This document shows, in pieces, positions 46,193 to 58,500 of a stretch of DNA of 64,000 nucleotides (position 1 is its first letter; the number at the start of each line of letters is the position of its first letter). A program made the translations under genes and the position numbers. The notes under the pieces were generated by a model that did not search any database, had not been told where the DNA came from, and saw nothing but the letters and a program-made list of their open reading frames with translations. Source of the DNA: Scenedesmus sp. PABB004 (taxonomy: Eukaryota); NCBI GenBank assembly GCA_014905635.1, contig JABVCE010000014.1, forward strand, positions 806,001-870,000. The letters run 5' to 3'.

Positions 46193-48388
46193 ATGGTGCG
46201 GCGCGCCGCCCGCTGGCGCCTGGTCGGCAGGCCGCGCCCGCTTCGGCTGCTCACCTCACGATACCGCCGTCGCCGCGCGCCGCAGGGCATCTTCTACTCC
46301 TGCCCGCGCGAGGTGTGCCGCGAGAAGCTGTGGCAGAGCCGCTCCCGGGCGGCCTCTCCCGGCGCCGGCTCCCCGCCCGATCGCGCACGCGCGCGGGAGG
46401 CGCCCCGGCCGCACGCATGGCAGCGCGGGCAGCCGCTGCGGCGCCCCGGCGGCGCGGGCGCGGAGCGCCGCTGCTACTCACGCGCCCGCAGGAGACGGTG
46501 GCCATGGTGGAGTCGTTCGGCCGCTTCAAGAGAATGGCCTACCCGGGCTGCAACTGCTTGAACCCGTGCCTGGGCGAGAGCGTGGCGGGCGTGGTGAGCC
46601 TGCGGGTCAACCAGCTCGACGTCAAGTGCGAGACGAAGAGCCGCGACAACGTGCGTGCCGCCGCCGCGGCGCAGCGGAGGCTGGAGGGGGCTGGCTGCGC
46701 GCCTGGCCGAGGGGGGGACCGCCCCGCCCGCAGGTGTTTGTCACGGTCGTCGTGAGCGTGCAGTACCAGGTTTCCCGTGGCCAGGAATTCGACGCGGTGA
46801 GCCGGCGCGCGGCGCGGCGCGCGGCGCGGCTAGCCGCGCCCACTTACCCGCGCGCCCGCCCGCCTGTCCCGTGCAAGTAGTTCTATAGGCTTACAGACAG
46901 CACTAGCCAGATCAGCAGCTACGGTGCGCGGCGCGCCGCGCTCGCCGCCGCCACCGCGGGGCACCGCCGCCGCCGCCCGCGCATGCTGGCAGCGAGCTCA
47001 TGCCTTCTCCCCTGCCCCTCCACACCCCCCCCCCCCACACACACACACTCGCCCAGTGTTTGACGTCGTGCGTGCGTGCGTGCCCAAGATGAACCTCGAC
47101 GACGTCTTCCTGGAGAAGGAGGTGAGCGACCCGGGGTGTGGGGGGTGGGTGGGTGGGTGGGTGGCTGGGTGTGGGTGGGTGGGTGTGGGTGGGTGGGTGT
47201 GGGTGGGTGCGTGTGTGTGCGTTGGTGGTGGTGGGTGAGAAAAAGGGGGCCCGCGCCGCCGCCGCCGCCGCCGCCCGCCTGCTCACTGGCCTGACCGCCC
47301 CGCCGCGGCCGCCGCCCGCCCGCCCGCTCCCGGCCAGGCCATCGCGCGCAGCATCCGGCAGGAGCTGACCAAAAGCATGGCGAGCTACGGTGCGGGCTGC
47401 CGCGTTGTGGCGGCGCGGCGCCGGCTGCGCCCGCCGCGCCGCGGCTCGCCGCCGAGCGGCCGCTGTGTCCCCGCCCCCTCCGCCAGGGTTTGAGATCAAG
47501 CAGGCGCTGGTCAACGACATCCAGCCCGCGCACAAGGCGCGCCGCGCGGCAGCGCCGGCGCGCTGGGGCCAGCGGCCGCACGCGCCGCCTGCGGCCGCGC
47601 CTCGGACCCTCATCTGAGACCCCCCGTCGCCCCGCAGGTCAAGGAGGCGATGTCGGAGATCAACGCCGCGGCGCGGCTGCGCGTCGCGGCGATGGAGAAG
47701 GCCGAGGCCGCCAAGGCGCGTGCGCGGGGGGCGCGCGGCGGCGCGGCCGGCGGCGTCGCGCCGCCTGCTGCGCGGCGCGAGCCCCGCGCCCGCCCGCCGC
47801 GCCCGCCGTCCGCCCGAAGGTGCGCGTGGTCAAGGAGGCCGAGGCGGAGGCGGAGGCAAAGTACCTGCAGGGCGCGGGCGTCGCGCGGCAGCGCCAGGTG
47901 CGGCGCGCGCGCGGGCGCGGTGACCGCGCCGCGTGGCACTCGTGCGCGCGCGCGACCGCTGCCGCGCCGCACCGCCGCCGCCGTCGCCCGCTGCCGCCGC
48001 CGCCGCCGCGGCCACGCAGGCGATCGTGGCCGGCCTGCAGACGAGCGTGCGTGAGTTCAAGGAGAGCGTGACGGGCGTGGCGGCGCACGACGTGCTGGAG
48101 CTGATGCTCGTCACGCAGGTGGGCGGGGCGTGTGGGCGGGGCGTGTAGGAGGCTGGGGGCGCGCGCAGAGCAGCTGGGTGGGTGCGTGGCGCCGCCGCCG
48201 TCGTCTCTCGCTCCCTCTCACTCTCGCCCTTTGCGCCGCGCGCGCTCAAACCTCAATGCCAGTACTTTGACACGCTGAAGGAGGTGGGCGCGAACAACAA
48301 GGTCAACGTGGTCTTCACGCCCAGCCCCACGGGCGGCGCCGACCAGCTGCTCGCGCAGCTGCGCGGCTCGGCGCTCGAGGCGGGGTGA
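46193..48388 (+). CDS. HIR: SPFH/Band-7 protein of the hypersensitive-induced response (HIR) type, 13 coding exons
   Basis: [22 protein letters not shown]...[29 protein letters not shown]...[22 protein letters not shown]...[18 protein letters not shown]...[22 protein letters not shown]...[18 protein letters not shown] at 48763. Confidence 0.96.
47135..47236. repeat. (GGGT/GT)n simple repeat in an HIR intron
   Basis: gggtgggtgggtgggt... runs. Confidence 0.85.
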
Positions 48389-49510
48389 GGCGCGCGCCGC
48401 GCCGGCAGCGCGGCGCCGGCAGCACGGTGCACCGGGCGCGGCCGCCGGCTGACCCTGCCCCCCCCCTGCCCGCCCGCGGCTCAGGGCCGTGCAGACCATG
48501 GAGCGCGCGTGAGCCGCCGGGCGGCACTGTACCACCATTGGCGCCGCCTCCCGCCCTGCCCCTGTCGCGTGCGTGGCGCGTGCCGCGTGCTGCCCGCGCA
48601 TCGCTGCTCCAAGCGACCCGGCGGCAGTGGCCGCGCTCTGTCTCTCCTCGTGCTGCTGATTGTTGCCGCGCCATCCTCACGCATGCCTGCTGCCTGCCGC
48701 GCGAACTGTGTGTGACTGTGGGGCTGACCGACCGACTGCCAACCCAATCCCAGCACCTTGTGTGTAACGCCCGAGCCTGCGCACGTCCGCGTCGTGTGTT
48801 ACCCGCGCGCCCCCTCCCCCCTGCAGATGATGATCGCAGCTGACGCCGCCGGCCGCTGGCGAGCCAGCGGCCGGCCAGCCGGCGCCGCTCCGGCCCACAG
48901 CGTGCGCCCCCGCAGCAGCCAGTCGCCCCCTTGAACTCGCAGGTCGGCACGTCAGTCAGGTGGTGGTGGATCAATGAGTTTGATTGCTAGGGGACAGCTG
49001 AATAGCTGCACTCACAGCGCGCACCGGGCCGGCGGCGGCGGGCAGCGCCTCGCGGCGGACGCCGGCCGGCCAGCAGACGGGCGAGCAGCGTCGCAGCTGC
49101 CCAGGTCAACGGGAAAGGCCTTGCGGCCCCTCAAAACTTGGTGTGGCGCACACAACAGTCGCCCCCTCCTCCGCCCACACCCCAGCCGGCTGCGCCGCCG
49201 GCCGCGCCGCGCGCGCACGCGGCGCGCGCGGGCGGGGCGGCCGGCGGCGCAGCCGCGGCGCGCTGGTGGGGCCGCGGGGCGCGCGGCCGCCCGGCATGCA
49301 CCAGGCGCCAGCGCAGTGCCGCCCGACGCAGGGCGCGCGCTCAGAGCACGCCGCCCTCAACCCGGGAGCACGCAGTCCCCCCCCCTCTCGCCAGGCACAG
49401 AGTCCAGCCCCGGGCACGCCGCCCTCGGCCGCACGCCGGCCGGCAGCGGCGCTTGCCGGCGCGCGCGGGGGCGGCGGCCCGGGCACGGCGGCGCGCGGCC
49501 GTCGCGCCGC

Positions 49511-52500
49511 TCACACGCCCTCGGCGGCGAGGCCGCGCGAGCGCGGCTCCACGCCGCCGGCGCGGCGGCGGCGCACGACGAAGAAGGCGACGCCGCCGAC
49601 CAGCAGCGCGCCGCCGACGCCGCCGACGACGCCGCCGACGATCGCGGGGACGTTGACCGCCGGCGCCGGCGCCGCCACGGACGGGCGCAGCGCGGCGGTG
49701 ACCTCGCCGGTGAGGTCGGGCCAGGCGGCGAAGAAGCTCGCGCCAAAGAGGCTGGCGGGGCTGTCCAGCAGCGTGCCGACCAGGCGCGTCATCGTCGCGT
49801 CGTCGGGCACGCCCGTGGTCGCGACGTCGACGTCCACCAGGATCGAGCCCTCGCGCAGGTTGGCCACGGTGATGGACTCGGCCGTGACGCCGTTGCTGAT
49901 GGTGGTGCCGATCGCCGCCGCGAGCGTGTCGCGCACGGCGGCGGTGAACGCCGCCACCTTGGCCGCGTCGGCCGCAAAGGCGGAGAAGTCAAAGCTCGGC
50001 ACCGTCGCAAAGCGCAGCGACACGCGGACCGGCTCGCCGCGCGCCTGCGGGGCAACCGGAGGGCGAGGGCCGGGGCGCGGGCGGGCATGGAGTGAGCGCG
50101 CCGCGGGCTGCTGGCGCCGCGCACGCGCGCGCGCGGGCGGGCGGGCACAGGCAGGCGCGGGCAGCGCAGGCCCCGCCGCGCGGGCGCGCCGCGCACACGC
50201 ACCACGGCGCCGGCGTAGGCCTCGTAGGGGTCGGTGGGCGTGCCGAGCTCGCGGTTGGGGTTGAGCGTCTTGCCCACCAGGTACGTGCCGGCGCGGGAGA
50301 CGACGCAGGTCACGGTCGGCACCGCCGGCGCCGTGCCCGACGCGGCCGCGCCGCGCGAGGTCGCGTCGGCGGGGTCGAGCGTCAGCGCGCCGTCCACGAC
50401 GCGGGAGCAGTTGTACCACATCGCCGGGTCGGCGTCCTCCCAGATGGGGATGGCGACCGTCGCCGTGCAGCCGGCGCCGCACGGCAGCGGCGCGCCGGGC
50501 GCGGCGCCGCCGGCGTCGATGGTCAGCGCGCCAGAGACGACCGTGAAGTCGGCCGGCGGCGCGCCGGCCATGGCGAGGCGGCGCCGCGCACCGGCGGCGG
50601 CGGCGCCGGCGGCGGCCTCGTCCGCGGCGGCGGCGCGAGCAGGCTCGACGCGTCGGCCAGGTACGTGAGCGTCACCGGCACGACCACGGCCGCGCAGTCG
50701 CCGTCGGCGAGCGCCGTGCCGTCCTCGTCCACGCAGGGCCCGACCAGGTCGGCGCTGAAGCGCACGGTCGGGTTCTCGCCGCTCGCCGCGTCGGCGGTGC
50801 CGCCGGTGCCGTCGAGCGCGGGGCCGACGACGAGCGGCGCCGCGTCGTAGCTGCGGCCGAGCTGCGCGGCGACTGAGACAAACAGCCCGTTGTCGCCGCC
50901 GGAGAGGTAGGGCACGGCGGGCGTGGCGGCGGCAGAGAGCAGGCCAGCGACGGCGCGCGCGTCGCCCGCAAACGCGGGCTCGCGCGGCGGCGCCGCCGCG
51001 CCGTCCGCGGCCGCGTCGGGCGCGGGGCTCGGCGACGCCTCGGGCGCGGGGCTGGGGCTGGCGTCGGGGCTGGGGCTCGGGCTCGTCGCGTTGTCCTGCA
51101 GCAGCCGGCGGCTGGCCGACGTCGCCGCGGCGGGCGCGCGGGGCGCCGCGACCGCGGCCGCGCCGGCGGACGCCTGCGCCTCGAGCAGCGCGCGCGCGGA
51201 CGCGTCGGCCACGGGGTCCAGCCAGTCGGGCAGCTCCTGCGCGAACGCCGGCGCCAGCTCCAGCAGGCGGCGCGCGGCGGTCGAGGCGGCGTCCGCGGGC
51301 GCCGCGCACGCGGCGTTGGGCGTCTTGCAGCTGTCGCGCATGCCGTTGCCCGCGGCGACGACCGACCAGAGGCGCGAGGCCTCGCTCGGGCTGAGCGGCG
51401 CGCTGCGCAGCGTCGCCGAGGCGATGCCGTGCGACGCGACGTCGAGCATTTTCTGCTTGGAGTCGCGCGTGAGGCTGGGCGTGGCCTTGCTCAGCGTGGC
51501 CACGGCCGACACGATCTGGGGGGGGGGTGGGCGGCGGCGGCGGGCGCGTGAGGTGGGTGGCGGGGCCGCGCGGGCCGGCGGACGAGCGGGGGCTCGCCGC
51601 CGCCAGCTTGAAGCCCCGCGAGCAGCCCCTTGCAGCAGCGCACCTGCTGCATCGCCTGGGGGTCACTGATGTAGTCGCCCACCGAGCCGGCGAGCGTGTT
51701 GATGAGGCTGCCCGCCTTGGCCGCGATCGCGCTCTCCACCGCGGCGCGCTCCTCCGCGCTCTGCCCCGCGACCACGTCGGCCTTGCCGGCAAACTTGGAC
51801 AGGCTGCTCAGCGCCTGCGCGCCCGAGGCGAGCACCGAGACGTCGCCCGCGCCCGCGAGCTGGCCGACGTCGAACGAGGTGAGCGCGTCGGAGACCTTGA
51901 AGTCGGCCGCCGCGGGCGCGGGCACGGTGACGCTCGCCTCGCTGCACGCCGACGCGCCCGCCGCGTCCACGGCGCACACAAAGAGCCACGAGTCGCCGAT
52001 CGGCAGGCCGGTGAAGGTGAAGGTCGGCGCCGCGCCCGAGGCGACCACGGAGCGCGACTCGTACGCGCCCTTGACGCCAAAGTCGTACCTGCGGGGTGCG
52101 GTGCGGGGCCGAGGTTGGCGGGGGGCGGGGTGGGCCATGGTGTGAGGTGGGCGTGGGGCGGGTGCAGGCGCGGGGCGCGGCGGCGCGGCTGCTGGTAAGG
52201 GTTTAGGGCGGCCGAGCCCCGCGCGTGCGCCACGCTGCGCGCCTGAGCGCGGCGTCGTCGTCCACGAAGTCGGTCGCCTTGGCGGTCACGCTCGCCGACG
52301 GGAAGCTGCCCTCCACGGCGCCGAGGCTCAGGCACGCGGCCGCGGCGCACGCGGGGCGGCCGTTGATGGGCACGGTGAGGCGCGTCGCGCTCGACTTGCC
52401 CGCCGCCGTCACGGTCGCGTCGACGGTCACCGACCCGGACGCCGGCAGCGCGCTCGCTGGGATGACGAGGTCCGCCCCCGCCACGCCGGCGACGTCGGCG

Positions 52501-55500
52501 AGGCCGGGGATCTGGTCGGAGCGCCACGCGACCGCCGCGCCCTCCGCGCCGGCGTCGAGCGCCATGGTCAGCGCGAGCGGCGCGTCGGCGCTGTGCCGCG
52601 GCGGGCACGCGCCGCCGCCGCAGACGCGGCGGATGCGGCCCGTCGGCACCGCCTCGGCGCGGGGCGTGAGGGTGAGCGACGCGGCCACGGGCGCGCCGGT
52701 CGTGGTGCCGTTGGCGGCGACGCGCGACACGGACGCGGTGAACGTGTGCTCCACGCCCGGCGCCAGCAGCGCGGCGGGCAGGCGCCAGCGCGGCCCCGCC
52801 TGCTCGCCAAAGTTGTTGGCGCCGGTGAAGCAGGGCTCCGGGAAGTCGGCGCGCTTGCAGGACCAGGACACGGCGAGCGGGGAGGTCGCCTGGGGGTCGT
52901 CGGCGTCGGACGAGCCCGACGCGTCGAGCACGATCGTGCGCGCCGCTGGCACGTCGCCGGACGGGCCCTTGAGCACCGCGGTCAGGTCCGACGGCAGGGC
53001 CACGAGCGTGAAGGTCATGTTGGTCGCGCCGGAGGCCTTACCGGTGAAGTAGGCCGACAGGCTCACGAGGCGCGTCTGGTTGCCGGGGATGGCCACGGGC
53101 CCCGGCAGCACCAGGTCCTTCTTTGCGTAGCCGGCCGGCACCGCCGCCCAGCCGTCGAGGCTCTCCCAGCGGTACTCGACCTGTCAACCGTGCGGCGGGG
53201 GAGGGCGGGGGAGGGCGAGGGCGGGCGGCGTGGGCGGCGTGGGCGGCGTGGGCGGCGGGCCTCTGGCCGGCGCTCGGCCCGGCTTGCAGCCTGCACGCGC
53301 GCGCGCGCCGGGCGCACGCGCGCGCCGCCGTGGCTCACCGAGCTGCCGGCGCACACCGACGCCGCGGCGAGCTGCACGGGGACCTTGACGCCCTCGGCCT
53401 TGCGGAAGTAGATGGTGGGGCTGGCGCTGACCGAGGTGACCACGGGCGCCGCGCCGGACGCGCGCTTGGTGAAGGTGTGGGTCGCCGTCGCGGTCGCGCC
53501 GAGGGCGCTGGTCACGGTCACAGAGAGCGTGAAGCTGCTGCCCTTGAGCTCGGCGAGCGCGGAGCCGGGCAGGATCACCCTGCGCACGGACCGGGCGGCG
53601 CGGGCGGTGCGGCGGCGTCAGCACACACGCGCGCGGCAGGCGGCGGGCGAGCGGGCTGCCGCGGGGCGGCGCAGGCAGCCAGCGCGCCGCCCTGGCGGCG
53701 GCGGCCGCACCTGAGCGCGCCCTTGCCGTCGTTGGCGACGTTGGCCCTGTCGATCGCGGCCGCGAGCGCGACGTCGGCGACGGCGCCGCCGGCGACGACC
53801 TGGGCCCACGAGGCCGAGGCGAGGCGGCGGCCGGAGGCGTCCTTGGAGAGGGAGGCGTCAAAGATGATGTCGCCCGCGGTGGTCGGGTCGCAGGGCTCCG
53901 GCACGTCCTGCGCGGCCGCGGCGGCGGCGGGCGCGTGAGGCAGGGGCGCGGGGCTGCGCCGCGCACGCCGCCCGCGCCACAGCTGAACCCTCAACCCTCG
54001 CGCCGCCGCGGCCGGCGCCGCTGCCGGCGCGCGCACCTTGGGGCCGATGATGACCGCGGTCGGCGGCGCGCACGCCTCGCAGAGGTCGAGCGGCACGGCG
54101 GTGCCCACAAACCTAGCGGTGGGGTCCAGCTGGTCGCGCAGCACCGACTGCGCCGCCGCGAGCGTGAGCGTGTCGCCGGGGGCGATGGTGGCGGCCTGGC
54201 CGAGGGCCACGTCGAGCTGCTGGCCCGACACGGCACAGAGCGCGTCGCTGCCGAGCTTGGCGGCGCTCGGGGCGTCGAACGCCGCCGCGCAGGCAAAAGA
54301 CGCGGGCGCGGCCTTGGTGTTGAGCGCGAGGCTGATGCTGCGCCCGCTGTTGCCGAGGCGGGCGGCCAGGACCTTGCGGTCGGAGGCGAGGCAGAAGCCG
54401 TAGCACTTGGTCGTCTTGAGCCCCACCGTGGCGTCGCAGGACAGCTGCTTGCACGTCGCGCTCGCGCGGCACTCGCGCCCCGCGCCGCAGTTGGCAAAGG
54501 GGCCGTCGCACACGGAGGACGCAAACTCGGCGTTGGCCGCCGCGATGTAGGCGGCCTGGGTGGAGCAGAAGCTCACGCAGGTGCCGCGCGGCGCGCACAC
54601 GTCCTGGCCGTTGGCGCCGCAGGTGCAGGACAGGCTGACGGCCGCCATGGAACAGACCTGGCCCGAGTAGGTGCCGTTGGTGAAGCAGTCGGCGTCGGTC
54701 GCGCACGTGGTGTTGTCTGCGGCGCGGCGCGGCGCGGCGCGGCGCGGCAGGCGGTCAGCAAGCAGCGTGGCGGCGGTGGCAAGGGAGGCAAAGAGCGCGG
54801 CGCAGCGCAGCCCGCGCCGCCCGCGCCGCACGCCGCGCCGCGCCGCGCCGCACCCGGCAGCGTCGCGGCGGCGCGCGCGCCCACGCCCGCGGCGTTGCAG
54901 AGGTTGAGGCGGCCCGCGGTCGCGCCGGCGGTCATGTTGCAGGCGCTCGTCGGCGCCGACAGCTCGAGCGGGCAGGCGCCGAGCTGGGCGCACAGCGCGC
55001 CCGCGCGCTTCGCGAGCGCGCCGGCGCGGCTGTAGCTGATGGCGGTGCTCGCGCGCCTGCAGGCGACCGGGTCGGCCGTAAAGTTGGCCGCGCAGAGCGC
55101 GGCAAAGCTGCCGGCCAGCGCGGTGGCGTCGCTCGAGCCGGCCGAGGCGGCCACAAAGCCCTGCGCCCTGGTGATGCACGACTGGCAGCGCTCGCACGGC
55201 GAGAGCACCGGCGCGGCCACAGGCGGCGGCGGGGGCGCCTTGCAGGTGGAGAGCACGTCGCACGTGTCCACGCCGCCGAGGCAGCGGCACACGGTCACGG
55301 TCACGTCGCTGCTGCAGAACTGGCCGGCCGGGCAGCCCGAGTCGAGCACGCACGTGCCGTTGGGCAGCGCTGCAGGGGGTGGGTGGGCGCGCGGGCGCGC
55401 GGGGGCGCGCGTGAGCCGCCACGCAGCCTCACGCCGGCGTGCGGCGCCCCCTGCGGCCAGCCCGCCGGCTGGGCGCGGCGCTGCGAGGGCGCGGGCCGCA

Positions 55501-58500
55501 CCTCCGCCATACTTGAAGGTCCCGTCCACGCGCATGCCGGTCGCCACGCCCTCCACGGTGCACGCGTCCAGCGCGCCGGTGACGGTGCTGGCCGCGAGTG
55601 GCGCGGGCGACGGCGAGGGCGCGGGCGAGGCCGCGGGCGAGGGCGAGGGCGAGGCCACGGTCGCGTTGGCGGTGGCGTTGGCCGGCGCGGGCGAGGCGGC
55701 GGGCGCCGGCGCGGGCACGGGGTCGGCCACGACCGCGGCGGTCGCGTTGACGGTGATGGTGCAGCCCGCGTCGGTCGCGAGGCTCGCCGCACACTCGCCG
55801 AGGCGCATGCACAGCGCGCCGGTGCGGCGCGCGAGGTTGCCGCGGAAGCTGGCTGCCACCTGGGCCTGCACGTTGCGGCAGGCCTCCAGGCTGAAGTTGC
55901 CGGCCGAGCAGGCAGAGTAGAAGGCCGAGCCCAGCGCCGCGGGCGTGAGGCTGGCGTTGAGCGCGGCGGCCTCGGTCGACGGGCGCAGCGCGGCGACGCA
56001 GGCGCCGCAGCGCGTGCACGGCGGCACCGCCGCGTCGACCACGGGCTTGGCCACGCAGCGGCCAAAGGTGACCGCGGAGTCGAGGCCGCCGCTGCAGCTG
56101 TAGACGGTCGTGACGTTGCTCAGGTCGCACTGCTCGCCCGCGGCGCAGCCCGCGTCCCTCAGGCACGCGCCCGCGGCCGGCACTGCGGGCGAGGCGGCGG
56201 GCGAGGCGGGGCGTCAGGGGCTGGCTCGCGGACGCGGCAGAGCAGCCAGCCTCCTCCCCGGCTCGGCTGCGCGCCGCGCGCCCTGGCCGCCGCTCGCGCC
56301 GCCCCGCCGCGCCCCTCACCGCTGAGCTGGGAGCCGCCAGTGATGCCCTCGGCGGTGCACGTGTCGAGCGCGCCGGTGACGTTGACCGCGCCGACCGTGG
56401 CCGTGAGCGCGCAGGTCGCGGGCAGGCCGGTGCACTGGTCGAGCGCCTTGCACAGCGCGCCCGCGCGCAGGCCGATGAGGCCGGACGACCCCACGGGGGC
56501 AATGTAGGCTATGTTGATGGCGGTGCAGGTCGCCGTTGCGCCGGGGAAGGCCGCGCAGGCGGCGGTGTACGACGGCGTGGTCGCGTTGCGCTGCGCCGCG
56601 ATGACCGGCGCGAGCGTGGAGAGGCAGGCCTGGCACTTGGCGCACGGCGTCGCGACGCACACGCCGCGCGGCACGCAGGTGTCGCGCCCCGTGTCGGCGG
56701 CGCAGGCGCAGCTGCGGTCGCCGGCGCTGAAGTCGCAGAACTTGCCGGCCCCGCACTGGCTGGCGGTGAGGCACTGCGTCGCGTTGTCGTAGGTCGGCGC
56801 GCCCACCGGGTAGGTCAGGCCGTCCACGACCATGGCCGTGCCGTTGGCCACGGCCTCGACCGTGCAGCGGCTGAACGGCGACGCGGCGAGCGCGCCCACG
56901 GTCAGGCTGCGGGCGGGCGCGGCGCGGCCGGCGGCGCGGCGGGGGGTCAGCTTGCGCGGCGCGGGCGGGCGCGGCCGCGCCCACGCGTAGTGCGGCGGCG
57001 CGGCGGCGCTGTGTGGCGCGGCGCGGCGGCGCTGCGCGGCGCGGCGCGGCTCACTTGCAGGACGCCATCGCGGCCGGCATGCACTCGCCGAGCAGGCCGC
57101 AGATGCTGCCCGCGCGGCGGCCGAGGCTGCCCTTGAAGCTGGCCCTGATCGCGAGCCCCAGGTTGTCGCACGCGGCGGCGCTGCGGTTGGCCGCGGCGCA
57201 CACGGGCGCGACGGCGGCGGCCACCGCGTCGGCGGTCAGCGCGCTCGTGACGGCGGCGCCGGTGACGATCGTGTTGAAGCCGGCCAGGCAGGCGGCGCAG
57301 CTGGGGCAGGGCTTGAGCCGGCACTGCCCGAGCGTGCGGCAGGAGTCGGTGCCGGTGGGGCCGTAGCAGGAGCAGAGGGAGACGGCGGAGGCCTTGTCGC
57401 AGACCATGTCGGCGCTGCCGCAGTCCGAGTCGAGGCCGCAGAAGCCCGCGGGCAGCGCGCCGCCGCTGGGCGGGTAGCCCGGCACGTACGTGTCGGCGCC
57501 GCCGACCGGCGCGACGCCGTCGGTGGAGCAGAGGTCGAGCGTGGTGCCGGTGGGGCTGAGCGCGCACTGCGCGGCGCCGCCGCCCCAGGCGGTGGCGTTG
57601 CACGCGCCCAGCGCGGCGCAGAGCGCGCCAGGGCGCTTGCCGAACGCGAGCGGCGTGTCGGGCGCCTTGATCCTGGCGACCACGGCGTCGCACTTGGTGG
57701 AGAGCCAGCCCTTGGACGCGCAGTGCGCGGCAAAGGCGTCGCCGAGCTCCGCCGACGTGAGCGTGTAGCGCTGCACGTCCGTGAAGGGCAGGGCCTCGGC
57801 CAGGCAGTCGGCGCAGACCTTGCAGGGCGTGCGCACGCAGGGGCTGTACTTGAGGCACGAGTCGGAGCCTGCGACCGCGTTGCACACGCACACCGAGCCG
57901 GCCGTGGTCGCCGTGTCGCACGCGTAGTCGATGTCGTTGGAGGGGCAGGCGACGAGGAAGGTCGGGGAGTAGAGGGAGCAGGTCATGTTGTTGTCGGCCG
58001 GCAGCGTGAGCTCCGACCCGGGCTCCAGCACGCCCGGCACGGGGTGCCCGCCCACGACGCCCTCGACCGTGCACACGTCGAGCGCCGAGTCGGACGGCAG
58101 CGCGACCGAGCTGTTCAGCGCGCTCGTCACGTTGGCGGTGCAGGTGCTGTCGGCCGCGCACACTGCGCGGCGGGCGCGGGCGGCCGGGCGCGGCCGGGCG
58201 GGCGGCACGTCAGCGGGCGGCGCCTCGCAGCATGCGGCCGCGCAGCAGCCTGCGCGCGCACGCCCGCGCCCCGCGGCGCGCGCGCGCTCACGGTACACGG
58301 CGCTGCACAGGCTCGCCGCGCGCTTGGCAAAGTTGCCATTGACGCTGGCCGTGATCAGCGCGCCCGCCTTGGCGCAGGTCGCCGCGGTCTGGGGCGTGCC
58401 GATGGCCGCGCTGGTGCAGAAGGCCTGCCACTCGGTCGCGAGCGCCGCCGCGTCGGTGCGGTTGACGCGCGGCGCGGCCCACGTCGCGGCGTTGCGCACG

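Noticed and set aside
52197..52208. Isolated AAGGGTTTAGGG telobox in an intron
   Set aside because: A single short occurrence is too weak to interpret.
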